A stretch of 63,063 bases of DNA, the filler included, from Octopus bimaculoides (lineage: Eukaryota), in the NCBI RefSeq assembly GCF_001194135.2. It is 5 parts of 5 records of this genome, joined end to end, with 100 filler letters (N's around TTAATTAATTAA, not from the genome) between each part and the next. Parts side by side here need not be neighbours in the genome. Positions count along the whole stretch, not along the records: positions 1 to 26,695 come from NC_068991.1; 4 more parts are not named here. One strand, given 5' to 3'. The position numbers were made by a program, and so were the translations under genes. Of the stretch, positions 1 to 13,600 are shown piece by piece; the stretch's first letter is position 1; every line of letters begins with the position of its first letter. The notes below the pieces were generated by a model. The model was not told where the DNA came from and made no database searches. It saw nothing but the letters and a program-made list of their open reading frames with translations.

Positions 1-553
1 TATAGAGTTAGGGTCACGTACGAGTCGAAGTGGGAGAGAGAAGTAGTGATGCAGAGAGAGAGGGAAATAGTGGTGCAGAGAGAGAGAGGTACAGGCAACA
101 GTACATCACACTGGTTAAATTCCTTGGGTTTTTAGAACAAAGTTGAAAGAGACAGCAGCGTATAAATAGTGAGATTAAATGCTTAAATCGGTAACATAAT
201 TGAATGAGAATTAAATCGTAATTTTTAAAGGAAGGAGAGACAAAATTTTAGACAGGTTTAGGCTTAGAGGAGCAATAACTTGAATAGAGTAAAGAAAAAG
301 CGATAACTTGAATAAGATAAAGAAAAAAAAATAATAGAATAATAATAGAATAAATGAGCATGAAAGAGAAGGAGAAGGGAGAAAGAGGGAGAGTTGGATT
401 GAGTGTAGAGACTCTAAACATATGGCATGGAAGACGAAACTGTGTTTACATAGATAGATAATAAAATGAAATAATAAAGTAATTATAATTTGCACTGAAA
501 AAGAGGTTTTAGATGTGTGCTAGGTTGGAAAACAAAGTTGCTTATCTGAACAT

Positions 554-584
<31 letters not shown>

Positions 585-1664
585 CACAGAGACTTAAATA
601 CAAATATATATACAAATATATATATATATATATATATATAAACAAATGATAGGGACAGAAAATGGAATATATAAGAAACTTTAATGCTCACAACAATCGT
701 TTTGACACATCCTGCACCAATCCCTTGCAGGTGGAGATGCATCTCCTCAGGCGATGTTATAAGGGGTATCTCAAATAAACTCTGTTTTACTTAATTTTAA
801 TATAGCATGTTGTTAGTGACAGTATGTTTAAGCCATTAGGCAGGAAAGGTGAGGGACGGATTCCCTTTTGACTTTATAGACAAAGATAGGGAGTAATTAA
901 AAGAAATAAGATGAAAAATAAGAATAAAACATACAATAAAGTAAAACAAATAATGTTTTACTTTATTCTATGTATTATTTTTCAGGTAGCCATAGGCAAT
1001 GAACATGCTTCAGTGGCTTACTACCAAGAACATACCAACACTTAAATATTTACTTCAGATATATATATATATATATACACACATAGACATCTTTGTAGTG
1101 CAATACATGTATTCAGAGAATCTTGTGGCTATCACAGAAAGCTCCTCTAGTGGACCCAGCTATCATACCATGTAGTAATTCAATACATGTAATGGAGAGT
1201 TCTATGCAGCTGAAATACAAGAGATCCAATAGATGAAATTATTTCATGAGTATATAAACCATAAAAAGTCAGGAGGTATGAGAGGTGAAATATTGATTTA
1301 AACACTTGATATCTTAGGATTACAGCCATTTCACAGCCTTCTTCATGAAGCATTGGTGTAACCATAATGATTTGGTGATCTGAAGAGCTACCCTTTATCT
1401 GCCTTGATTTGTATTGTACAATGCGTAGCATGCGTATTAGTGCAGATATGTAAAATAATCTATTATACACTGAAATTATTATTGTATGATGTGAAACAGT
1501 TGTAATGCTATGGATAACAACTGGTTAAATAAATATATTCACCTCTCATACCCCTTGTGTGTATGGTACATTTATATACAAGATTTGTACTTATACAGGG
1601 GTTCATTAATGGGCATTTTGATTTTTCTCTGCATGCTTTACATGTTTATAAATGCTAGAAGTTT

Positions 1665-2965
1665 AGTGTACAAGTATGAGTCCACCAGGGATTGGTGCTT
1701 ATCCCCCTCTTGTTTATCTTGGTCCGCCAAGCTATAATTGAGGAATTTAAGACTGGTTTCCCTTGGGAGCTCCTATATGCTGATGACTTTGTTCTTATTG
1801 CTGAATCACCATCAGAACTAGAGAAGAAGTTCCAGGTATGGAAGCATGGACTGGAATCAAAGGACCTTAAAGTTAATTTAGCAAAGACCAAAATATTGAT
1901 AAGTAGGAAAACAGACAAATTACAGATCCCTTCACAGAGCTAGCCCTGCTCAATGTGTAGAAAAGGTGTCGGGAGAAACTCCATAAGGTGCAACTAGTGC
2001 AAGCTATGGACACATAAGAGTTTCAGTGATATTACTGGAAGACTAAATGAGAAAATAGTCTTTACATGTGGCAGATATGCAGGTACATTAAACCCCAGGA
2101 ATATACAAAAAATAGACTCACTCAAATGTCAGGAGAGATCCTTAGAAGTAGTAGACAGTTTCTGTTACTTAGGTGACCAAGTTAGTAGTGTGAGGAGGTT
2201 CTTCTAAAAGCATAGCTGCTACAATAAGAATAGGCTGAGCAAAGTCCAGAGAGCTACGATGTCTGTTAGCAACAAAGGGTCTCTACCTCAGAGTGAAAGG
2301 CAGGTTGTATGATGCTTGTGTACAAACAGCTATGCTACATGGCAGTGAGACATGGGCTGTGACTACTGAGACTATGCAAAGGCTTGAAAGAAATGAAGCC
2401 AGTATGCTTCAATGGATGGGTAATGTCAGTGTGCATAAGTGACAGAGCATTAAGTGATTTGAGAGAAAAACTGAGTATAAGAGGCATCAAATGTAGCGTG
2501 GAAGAGAGAAGACTACACTAGCATGGCCATTTAATGCGTATGAATGAAGACAATTACAGAGAAAACATGTGAAAGAACAGGAACAGGAAGATATGGGACA
2601 AAGTGATGAGAAATGATCTACAGAGGTTAGGCCTCACAGAGGGGATGACAGGGAACTGAGACACCTGGTGATTTGCTGTGCTTGAAAAGACACATCAAGC
2701 TAAGTAAAAGCTTGGTATCCCGCTCCCGCTGAGTATTCCTAACCTTGCAGGTTCATGGGTGCTGGTGTAATGTAAATGCACCCATGCTAGTGCTGCATAA
2801 AAGCACCCAGTATACTTTGTAAAGTGGTTGGCATTAAGAAAGGCATCCAACCGTAGAAACCATACTTAAACAGACATAGAGCCCAGGCAGCTCTTCAGCT
2901 GGTCAACTCCTGTCAAACCATTCAACCCATGCCAGCATGGAAAACAGATGTTAAATGATGATGAT
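1665..2965 (+). mobile_element. RTE-clade LINE, 5'-truncated and decayed (RT C-half plus 3' UTR)
   Basis: EEFKTGFPWELLYADDFVLIAES motif with frameshifts downstream. Same family as the 8098-16738 and 60995-63063 copies. Ends in a (GAT)n tail. Confidence 0.9.
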
Positions 2966-3663
2966 GATATACACATACACTCATGTACATACTTACATGC
3001 ATACATATATATATTCAATTACAAATTATGTATATACACACTTATATATACTCATACACATATATACATATATATACTCATACACATTTACATAAACATA
3101 TATACTCATACACATATACATAAACATATATACACATACATCATCATTGTTTAACATCCACCTTCCATGCTGGTATAGGCTGAATAGTTTGACAAGAGCT
3201 GGCCAGAAAGACATAGGTATAGGCATATATGCTCATATAAATTTTGTTTTAATTTTTAGTATAGTATTTACTTGATTTTTCTTAATTGTGGAATTTGAAG
3301 GTTTTAGATTTTCTAATCTAAACAGTTTTTTCTTTTCTATTATTAAGAAGGCATTTACATGCATTGGAACACCTAATGCAGAACTCCAAACAACCAGAAT
3401 AGTGAAGCATGCATAACAAGGGTGGCGAAACTTGTGTAACATAAGAACAACATCCGATAAAGTTCAGATGTTTGAGAGTCACAAGACATGAATTAAATGT
3501 ACACTGTGTTTACATTTGTCTGTGTTTGTGTTATGAGACTTAGATTGATAAAATAAGTACCAAATTTGACAAAATAAGTACCTAGGTTGATGTGATTGAT
3601 CAAATACATGCAAGTGCCCCAGCATGACTGCTGTCTAATGACTGAAATCAATAAAATAAAGAG

Positions 3664-4289
3664 ATGCAGTTCAGGTGAAAGCGCAGCTTTTTAACCTCTT
3701 GTAATTCTTTGATTTTTTTGGATTTTTCCCTTTTTTTTTTTTTTGGATTTTGTGTTCAACTAACTGTATTGCACAATTTTACAAAAAAAAAACAAATTTT
3801 TTTAAATTCTCCTTCCAATTATTAAAGTTAGAGATTTTTATATCTTTTCAAAATTTACATCTTTAAATCTGGACATATGTCATTTGTTTCTTCTCATAAT
3901 TTCAAATTAAGTTTTGAAATCAAAATTTTAAAATTGAAATAAAACTTCACACACAGACATACACACAAATATGCATGTGTGAATTGAGAAGATTCAGCCT
4001 GTTGGCTGTGTGCAAGTGTGAACTTTTATTTAAATTTTAAAATTTTGATTTCAAAAGTTAATTTAAAATTATGAAAAGAAACAAATGTAATAATGTCTGC
4101 ATTTAAAAGTGTATATAAAAAAAAAATACTATAAAAAATCTAGGAGTGGATTTTAAAAAATTAAAATTAAATTTTGTAAACGTGTATGAGATAAAGCTAG
4201 TAGAACTCAAAGCCAAAATAAAATTTCAAAAAGCAAAGGATAATTACAGGGTGTTAAAGGTGTGCTTGCTTCCATCTGAACTGCACCAA
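3664..4289. mobile_element. AT-rich foldback/MITE-like element with long imperfect inverted arms
   Basis: Outer TGCAGTTCAG...TTAA matches the reverse complement of TTAA...CTGAACTGCA. Inner arms at about 3880-3958 and 4005-4087 are near-perfect reverse complements. Confidence 0.7.
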
Positions 4290-4384
4290 TAACAGAATAT
4301 GTTTTGTTATGTACACATTTTGTATTTTAATTGTTAGTGCACATTTTGTATGTATACAATAACTGAGTGGAAGTGGAGGAAACT

Positions 4385-5290
4385 AAGGCAGTACAACTGG
4401 TAGTGGAATGGCTGAAATGCAAAGTCTTCCAGCTAGCAGAAAGGAAAAGTGGAAGCTGGTGCAAGTATCAACAGAGGAAGAGTTAGGTGAGTAGGGTGTT
4501 TGGATGAAGTGGGAGCAAGCAATAGAGTGAAATGTCAACTGGTAAGACATCAGGAAGAACTTGCAGAGGGGTGTCCATGATACTCTCCTTAGCCCTGCTA
4601 ACCTGGGTTTTGTGAAAATATCTGCATGTTCCCTATGTCCCTGTCTAGGGTGTTTTCCTGCATGTCCTCTGGAGCATATCCTAAGTAGTTCCTCCATAGG
4701 ACTGAGGGGAGTATGCAACTGCTGGAGACATGATCAGGTCCTCAAGATCACTACTAAGGAAATCAGCAACAACAAAAATGCCAGAAATACAACCAGAAGT
4801 GTAGCCATTGTCAAAGAGGGAAAGAAACCAATAAAAAGATCTAAGAGCATCTTTGAGGGATTATTTTCCACCACATGGGACTGGGTGATGGAAGTTGATC
4901 TAGAGAAACAGCTAAAGTGTCCTGCACATATCACACAGTCCTTGTTGAGATCAGGTATCATCTTGGTTTCCAAAACAACAAGTAGCTAGTCCTATTAGAG
5001 TTACTTGTGCCCTGGGATGAGAGGATGTAGGAGGCTCAAGAGAGGAAGAAAATCAAGTACCAGGTATTAGTAGAAGACTTCTGCAAGAATAAGAGGAGAA
5101 AATATTTTCCAAAGAAGGTTGCTCTGAATAAGACCTGTGGAACACTGGGTATTACAGGAGCTTTCAGAAGGAGAAATATCAAGAACAATGAAGAGGCTGC
5201 TGAGAAAGTGTCTTAGAGGTAATCAGTGGGCTTAGTAGAATGCTGTTTGAACATAGGCCAAGGTTTGATCAACCTAGGTTACCTGGATCA
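4385..5290 (+). mobile_element. Decayed non-LTR retrotransposon with C-terminal zinc knuckle and restriction-like endonuclease (HERO/NeSL-like)
   Basis: HDTLLSPANL...CSLC...LEHILS...WRHDQVL...DWVMEVDLEKQLKCPAHITQSLLR matches the RLE-LINE C-terminal pattern. Multiple stops and frameshifts. Confidence 0.75.
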
Positions 5291-5782
5291 GAATGTACGT
5301 TGTAAAATTCAAAATTTCCAGTGACTCTTTGATACAATACTGTTGATGTGTTCAAGCATTGCATCTATAGATATTGTTGAACTAGACATAATAGACAAAA
5401 TAATTTCATTTATCTTCCAAGCTACTGTATCAGGCCAAATCCCACAATTATATTACATAAAGATTTAATTTTATTTATTTAACACTAAATAGCAGCAAGT
5501 AATATAAGCAAATTATTTAAAATGCAAATTTTCAACACCTTTTTTTATTAATTATTTCTAAAGGCTCTTATCTTTTGCATTATGGTAAATTTAGCACAAA
5601 AGAAAAATACTTTGTGGCACCTCATTCCCTTGGTGCTGTAAGCATATGTTTAATTTATTTAATGGTTAACTTGAGCTAGGTGAGACGAAGAAAATGTAAA
5701 ACTGTTTACAAACTAAGTTGTGTTAATTAATAAATAAATGTCTGATAAATAAATATTGTACTTTGAGTAAGTTTGCACTGAG

Positions 5783-5788
5783 TTTATT
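5783..5788 (-). terminator. Candidate polyadenylation signal AATAAA overlapping the globin stop codon; further AATAAA at 5654-5659 and 5470-5479
   Basis: Motif seen directly (CAA TAA A). Which signal is used is unknown; AATAAA is common in AT-rich DNA. Confidence 0.3.
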
Positions 5789-5927
5789 GACTTGAAGAGT
5801 TCTCCATTCCGTTTTTCATCTGGCTGCATATGTACTGGTAGGTAAGGCGCCATGCTTCTGCTATATCTTTGTTATAGCGATCCTTTAAAACTTCTTTGAA
5901 GCTCCGGTTTAATGATGGCCACAATCT
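5784..5927 (-). CDS. Globin, last coding exon (G7 to C-terminus): RLWPSLNRSFKEVLKDRYNKDIAEAWRLTYQYICSQMKNGMENSSSQ*
   Basis: Pyrimidine tract and TTTTCCAG acceptor (CAG at 5928-5930). Phase 0 matches the donor of the 18620-18857 exon. 48 codons ending in TAA. Contains a globin H-helix pattern (AEAW..Y..I...MK.GM). Not in the ORF track. Confidence 0.92.
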   Translation of the reverse strand, partial: RLWPSLNRSFKEVLKDRYNKDIAEAWRLTYQYICSQMKNGMENSSSQ

Positions 5928-8130
5928 CTGGAAAATGGAAAACAAAATGTAAAATGTACTCAAAATAATTTTATCATTGGATAATGATAAATACTGTAGA
6001 ATAAGCTCTCACTATACTGGATTTTAGAATTAGGGATTGGATGAATCAATAAACATTTTCTTACTTTACATTGGTCACTAAAGTTCAGAATAATATCATG
6101 TAATTTTTAAATGGCTAAGATATTGCTGAAGAATTTTCTTAAAAGTTTCAAAGGGAGATTCATTGAAATAGGTAGCTTGTCAAATACTCTGGGCATGTAC
6201 AAAAATCTCAGAACACAACACTGGAGGTTAGTAAAATATTTGTTAACTGAATGTGTGTGTGTATATGTGTGAACTGAGTCAGTAGAAGTTAAGATTTAAT
6301 AACCTTAATTGTTGGAATCACATATTTTGAGGCATTAGATGGGAATAAAAATAAGGAAACTCTTATCATCATGTGGTCATGTCATTGTCTATTTAGCTGT
6401 ATTGATAAGATTATCAAAATCCAACATTTCTGGCAAAACTCAGAAAAAATTGATTTCAGCACTGAAAGTCAGCAAGTCATTCATCAATTTATTGTACCGC
6501 TAAAGGTATCTCTTTGGTAGACTTAGCTGTTGAAAGCTAAGTGTCTTGGGCACAGACACAGGGAATGTGCTGTTCTCCAATACTCCAATGACATAGCTAT
6601 TATATCTCTAATATGGATATACTTACTTAAAATTTCTGGACTATATGAAATGTGAATACAAATTATAGTACTGAATACTGTTGAGCTCTCCTCTTCTTTG
6701 AACTCTTGCTAGAGTTCACTTATCTGCTCCCCTATGCTACGTGCTGTCTCCCCAATGTATACTGTCTTGTTTCTGCACCATCCCTCAGTACACTGCATTG
6801 TAAACATTGGCAGGAGCTCAGAGAAGAGGAAAGCTCATCAGAGCTCTACCAACATGCCCAATTAGAACACAGAGGTTCAGTTATTAACATAAACATTAGG
6901 GTACAATCAACACATAGAACAGGCATAATACTTAGATTACAGAGATCACATACATAGTAATAGACAGACCAAGCCTCAACAGAAAAAATGAATGGAACAT
7001 TAACGACCCACCACTGCTACACAACACAACTACTAAAGACAATGGAAAGAAAAAAAGGATACAGATACAAACCCATACACACACACACACACACACACAC
7101 ATACACACACAAAAGACACACATACACACATGTAAGATGAAATGGAAAAAAAATAGAGATATGTAAATAAATGAAAAGAAAACTAAATAAAGGGCACAGA
7201 TACAAACAGTATAGTTAATAAACCCATATACACACACAAAACACATAGACATATGCATGCGCGCGCACACACACACACACACACACAAATAAGGATACAC
7301 ACCATAGAAAGACAGAATGGACTAAACAGAACAGGAGGAGATACATGGGATAGAGAGTTGCTGGAGAGGTCACAAGGTGTGTGATGAAAGATTTCCGGAC
7401 AAAAGACATAAAATAAGGATGAATAAATTTGAAGAGAAGAATGAATATATAGTGTGTGTATTTATTTATAAAACAAAAATAAAATGACTATTCCGAAATA
7501 TAACAATATCTGTTTCAACACAGAATTTCACATCAGGAATCTTGCAAAGCAAATACATAAACGTGTATGTATGTAGGTATGTATGTATATGTATGTGTGA
7601 ATATATATATANNNNNNNNNNNNNNNNNNNNNNNNNNNNNNNNNNNNNNNNNNNNNNNNNNNNNNNNNNNNNNNNNNNNNNNNNNNNNNNNNNNNNNNNN
7701 NNNNNNNNNNNNNNNNNNNNNNNNNNNNNNNNNNNNNNNNNNNNNNNNNNNNNNNNNNNNNNNNNNNNNNNNNNNNNNNNNNNNNNNNNNNNNNNNNNNN
7801 NNNNNNNNNNNNNNNNNNNNNNNNNNNNNNNNNNNNNNNNNNNNNNNNNNNNNNNNNNNNNNNNNNNNNNNNNNNNNNNNNNNNNNNNNNNNNNNNNNNN
7901 NNNNNNNNNNNNNNNNNNNNNNNNNNNNNNNNNNNNNNNNNNNNNNNNNNNNNNNNNNNNNNNNNNNNNNNNNNNNNNNNNNNNNNNNNNNNNNNNNNNN
8001 NNNNNNNNNNNNNNNNNNNNNNNNNNNNNNNNNNNNNNNNNNNNNNNNNNNNNNNNNNNNNNNNNNNNNNNNNNNNNNNNNNNNNNNNNNNNNNNNCTTC
8101 CTAAGGCCAACCATTCTGAGAGTGTAGTGG

Positions 8131-8458
8131 GTGCTTTTACGTGCCACCAGCACGAGGGCCAGTCAAGCGGTACTGGCAATGGCCACGCTCGAATGATGCT
8201 TTTTATGTGCCACCTGCACAGGAACTAGTCCAGCGGCACTGGCAACGACCTCGCTCGAATGTTGTTTTTCACATGTCACCGGCACAAATGCCAGTAAGGC
8301 GATGCTGGTAACGATCACGCTCGAATGGTGCTTTTTACGTGCCATCAGCATGGGAGCCAGTCAGTAGCCCTGGGAACGATCAGGCTCAGATGGTACTCTT
8401 AATGTTTCACTAGAACGGATGCCAGTCAGGCGGTGCTGTCATCGGCCACGTCAGCAAA
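8131..8458. repeat. Five diverged tandem units of 65-66 bp in the RTE 3' UTR
   Basis: Units start at 8131, 8196, 8262, 8328 and 8393 (GTGCTTTTACGTGCCACC...GCTCGAATG-like). Confidence 0.8.
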
Positions 8459-10422
8459 TTTGATTTCGATTTCACTTGCCTCAACAGGTCTTTGCAAGTA
8501 GAGTTTAGTGTCCAATGAGAGAAAGGTATGCATAAGTAGGCTGGCATAAAACACAGGTTATGGTCTCACTTGGCTTGCTGGGTCTTCTCAAGCACAGCAT
8601 ATTTCCAAAGGTCTCGGTCACTAGTCATTACCTCAGTGAGGCCTAATGTTCAGAGGTCGTGCTTCACCACCTCATCCCAGTTCTTCCTGGGTCTACCTCT
8701 TCCACAGGTTCCCTCAACAGCTGGGGTGTGGCACTTTTTCACACAGTTATTCTCATCAATTCTCACCACATGACCATACCAGCGCAGTCGTCTCTTTTGC
8801 ACACCACATCTCTCAAGGCACTTATTCTCTATCATGTATGCACACTGACATTACACATCCAGTGGAGCATACTGGCTTCATTCCTTGCAAGCTTATGCAT
8901 GTCCTCAGCAGTCACAGCCCATGTTTCACTGCTATGTAGCATGGCTGTTTGTACACATGCGTCATACAGTCCGCCTTTTACTCTGAGCGAGAGGCCCTTT
9001 GTCACCAGCAGAAGTAGAAGCTCTCTGAACTTTGCCCAGGCTATTCTTATTCTGGCAGCTACACTTTCAAAGCATCCATCCCGGCTACTGACCTGGTCAC
9101 CTAGGTAATGGAAGCTGTCAACTACTTGTAGTTTTTCTCCCTGGAGTGTGACAGAAGTTGTTCTCTTTACATTTTCAGTGTTTATTGCTCCTGAGCATCT
9201 GCCACATACAAAAACTATCATCCCAGTTAGCCTTCCTTTGATATTACTACACCTCTTATGTGTCCATAGCTTACAGTGGGTACATCTTATAGAGTTTCTA
9301 CCTACGCCTTTTCTACAAATCAAGCAGGGCCATCTACCTGAAGGGATTTGTGGTTTGTCTACCTTCCTACTTATTAGGACTTTGGTTTTTAGCTAGGTTC
9401 ACTCTAAGGCCCTTTGATTCTAATCCTTGCTTCCACACCTAAAACTTCTCTAGTTCTGATAGTGACTCAGCAATTAAAGCAAGGTCATCAGCATAGAGAA
9501 GCTCCCAGGGGCAACCTGTCTTGAATTCCTCTGTTATTGCCTGGAGGACTATGATAAATAGGAGGGGGCTGAGGACTGAACCTTGGTGGACCCCTACCTC
9601 TACCTGGAATTCTTCACTGTACTCATTGCCAACCCTCACCTTACTGACACCATCCCTGTACATGGCTTGCACTGCTCTCACGAACCATTCATCTATCCCT
9701 AGTTTCCTCATTGATAATCAGATAAGGGGTTGGGGGACCCTGTTGAAGGCTTTCTCCATGTCAACGAAAGCCAGGTACAGGGGTTTATCTTTGGCTAGGT
9801 ATTTCTCCTGCATCTGTCTTACCAGAAATATAGCATCAGTGGTGCTTTTCTGTGGCACAAACTCAAACTGCATCTCTATGACTACCTGATCCAACAGCTT
9901 GATACCTCTGTAATTATTTGTATCTAATGCATCACCTTTACCCTTGTAGCAGTTGACTACGGTGCTGCTACACTAGTCATTGGGTGTGACTCTTTCATGT
10001 ATCACCTGGTTGACTATACGGGTGACTAGGCTATAGCCGACACTGCCAGATATTTTGAGCATCTCTGCGGTGATTCCTGATGGGCTGGGGCTTTCCCTGT
10101 CTTCATACCCTTAATTGCTTTATCTACCAAGGCACTGTCAATTCGGATAGCTGGTCCCTCTGTTGGGTCGGCATTCAGCAGGCTCTCTTTCTCCCATTCA
10201 TTCTCTTTATTTAGCAACCTTTCATAGTGGCATCTCCAAACCTCTCTCTTTGCAGCTTCGGTTAGTGCAAGTGAACCATCATCCATGCAGACACATTTCT
10301 CTCCTACGCCATCATGATTCTCTCTCACACACTGTCTTGCAACATGAAATACCTCAAGTCCTTGGTCCTCACGGTGCAGAGCATTGGCAAATTTTTTCTT
10401 ATCTGCTTCCCCTCTGGCTAGA

Positions 10423-10676
10423 TGTTGTATTCCTCTCGGGGGACTCGCAGAGAAAACACAACGAGTTGTACTATTTAGTTATCACATTTATTCATTAACT
10501 ATAAACAAAGAACTCACTCACCGAATTGTTAGTTATATATGTCCGCGCCATATATCTCAATAACATTCAACCTCAACAGTCACACAAAACAACAACGAAA
10601 CAGGGACCTCAGACGAACTATATTGAAATATGGGACTTCAGACGAACAACAAACAAATCTAACAGTCCATATAACA
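10423..10676 (-). repeat. 3' LTR (254 bp) of the Gypsy element
   Basis: Direct repeat of 15036-15302 with several substitutions and a 13-bp net length difference; adjacent to the PPT. Confidence 0.95.
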
Positions 10677-13600
10677 CCTCCCCACTGAAATTGATACTAC
10701 ACAAGAAGTATCAACAGCAAAGTCTCTCTTGGGTTTTACGGGTTCTCTCGGACCGTCTTGGGTTGTCTGGTCCATACTCCGGAACGGGTAACATGGTCTT
10801 GGGTCTGGTTTGTCTTTGAGTTAGTGGCACAGTTTCCAAGATCTCCATCGGGTGATCTGTTGCAAATTCAAATACAGTGTCCTCTGCATCACCAGGTTCA
10901 TTATCTTCCTCAGTTGTGTACCGCGGTCGCAGCTGTTCCCAGTGTCGTCTCCACATCGGGCCATGAGGTATGACCTTGACGTTAAAGCAGCGAGTACCCA
11001 ATGATTTCTTAATGATTGCTGGTACCCATCGGGGATCTTTGTCTCGGCGAGGTTCATAGTATAGTGCATACACAGGATCTCCGGCCTTGTACTGCCTGGT
11101 AACTTTAGCGACATCAGCTGAGCCTGGAGTCACCTGAGACTTNNNNNNNNNNGAATCCACAGGATGTCGGTGTTCTCCGGTACTGCATCAAGAACTCTTC
11201 GGCGGAAGAGAAGACTTCCTCAGAGCTTGTTTGAAGGTCTGCACCAAACGTTCCGCTGCTCCGTTGGTAGCTGGGTGGTAAGGTGCCCCTGTCAGGTGTG
11301 TGATCCCACGTTCTTTGCACCAGCTCTGGAACTCCTCAGACGTAAAAGTTGGTGCGTTATCGGTGACCAGTGTGTGAGGAAATCCCAAGTGCACAAAGTC
11401 TTCCTCAAGCAGATTTAAAGTTCCTTTGGAGGACGTGGAGGAAGTAGGATGAATGCATGGGTACTTGGAATAAACATCTGTGATCACCAGCCAATCTCTA
11501 CCCATAAAATTTATTGCGTGGTCTAGGTGTAAGCGGCTCCACGGCTTTTCTGGTAACATCCATGGGTGAACTGGAGGCTTAGATGGCTGCCTTTGATGTT
11601 CATTACACGAATCACATCGTCGACTGGCTATCTCTATAGCAGCATCGATACCAGGCCAATAAACAGAAGTTCTTGCTAGTTGTTTCATGCATTCCATGCC
11701 AAAGTGTCCAAGATACAGAAGATTGAGGATCTTTGGCTGCAAGCTATGTGTAATCACAACTCTAGATCCATGTATAAGGCATCCATGGCAGATACTGAGT
11801 GAGTTTGATAACTTCCGGAATTTGTTGACTTCGTCATTGATCTCCATGTTCTTTGGTAGCCAGCCTTCACGGACGTAGTGCATCACTGTAGATATCACTG
11901 GATCTTTCCCTGACTCTTGACGGAGGACGTTAGCATCCACAGGTTGGACTTGAATACTGAGTGCTTTGATGGCACACACAATGTCTATGTCCTCACCATT
12001 TTCCTTTCTGTCAAAGTCATTGTCATCACTGAATGGCAAGCGACTGAGGGCATCTGCATTGCCATGATCTGCTGATTTCCGATATTCAATAGTGTAGTGA
12101 AACTGGTTCAGCCACAGGGCCCACCATGCTAGTCTGTTAGCAGCGAGAAGTGACGTCCCTTTCCTTGGACTGAACAGTGATGTCAGTGGCTTGTGGTCAG
12201 TCATGAGTACGAATTTACGACCGTACAAATACTGGTAAAACTTCTGCAAGCCAAATATGGTAGCCAGGGCTTCCTTTTGAATTTGGCTGTAGTTACGCTG
12301 TGCAGAAGTGAGAGTCTTGGACATATTGGATATTGGGCGCTCNNNNNNNNNNNNNNNNNNNNNNNNNNNNNNNNNNNNNNNNNNNNNNNNNNNNNNNNNN
12401 NNNNNNNNNNNNNNNNNNNNNNNNNNNNNNNNNNNNNNNNNNNNNNNNNNNNNNNNNNNNNNNNNNNNNNNNNNNNNNNNNNNNNNNNNNNNNNNNNNNN
12501 NNNNNNNNNNNNNNNNNNNNNNNNNNNNNNNNNNNNNNNNNNNNNNNNNNNNNNNNNNNNNNNNNNNNNNNNNNNNNNNNNNNNNNNNNNNNNNNNNNNN
12601 NNNNNNNNNNNNNNNNNNNNNNNNNNNNNNNNNNNNNNNNNNNNNNNNNNNNNNNNNNNNNNNNNNATAGCGGTGAAACAGGACTGCTCCAATACCAACA
12701 TTTGATGCGTCGCAAGCCAGTCCCAAAGTTTTGTTTGGATCAAAGTGTATCAGAACTTGACTCGATGAGAGTACATTTTTCAAGTGATCAAAAACTGACT
12801 GTTCCTCATCTCCCCACTTCCAAATAGTTGACTTTTTCGTAAGGCAATAGAGTTGCTCTGCTATACAGGCTAGGTTTGGGATAAACTTTCCATAAAACTG
12901 AACTGAACCCAGGAAAGATTTCAAGCTTGAGTCGTTCGACCTGTGATCCCTTCAGCCGACAAAATGTGTCCAAGGTATTCTACACTGGGTAGTGCAAACT
13001 GGCACTTTTCACGGCGACATCTGAGTCCATTGTCGCTTAGACGTGTGAGCAGACACTTTAGGTTACTTAGGTGACTGTTTGTATCGTTCCCACTGACGAG
13101 CATGTCGTCCTGGAAGACGGCCACTCCAGGTAGATCATGGGTCAGGTTTTCCATGATCTGAAAGTAACCAGGTACTGACTTGATTCCGAAAGGGAGTCGT
13201 TGCTGCAGGGGTACTCCACGGTGAGTGCTGAGTGCGAGTCTGCGTTGACTTTCCGGAGCCAGCTTGATCTGATTATAGGCATCAGCAAGGTCAATCTTTG
13301 TATATCCGAATCCACCTCCAAGTTTCTGCATCAGTTCAACAGGCAGTGGCATTGGATGACGGTGATCTGCAAGTTGGTCATTAATTCCCACAGAGTAGTC
13401 ACCACAAATTCGTAGTTTGGGCTTCAGGTTGCTTGAAGCGTATGCTTTACGAATCGGTACCACTGGCGTTCCGTATTCGTTGAACTGGACTGGCTTCCAG
13501 ATTCCCTTGGCGATGCCTTCTTCGTAACCTTTGGCCAGGTCATCACGAAGAGCAAGCGGGACCGGACATGCCTTGTGAAAGACTGGTGTTGCGTCCGATT

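Noticed and set aside
8131-8458. Regularly spaced repeats suggestive of a CRISPR array
   Set aside because: The units are whole diverged tandem copies without unique spacers, lie in a eukaryotic LINE UTR, and have no cas genes nearby.
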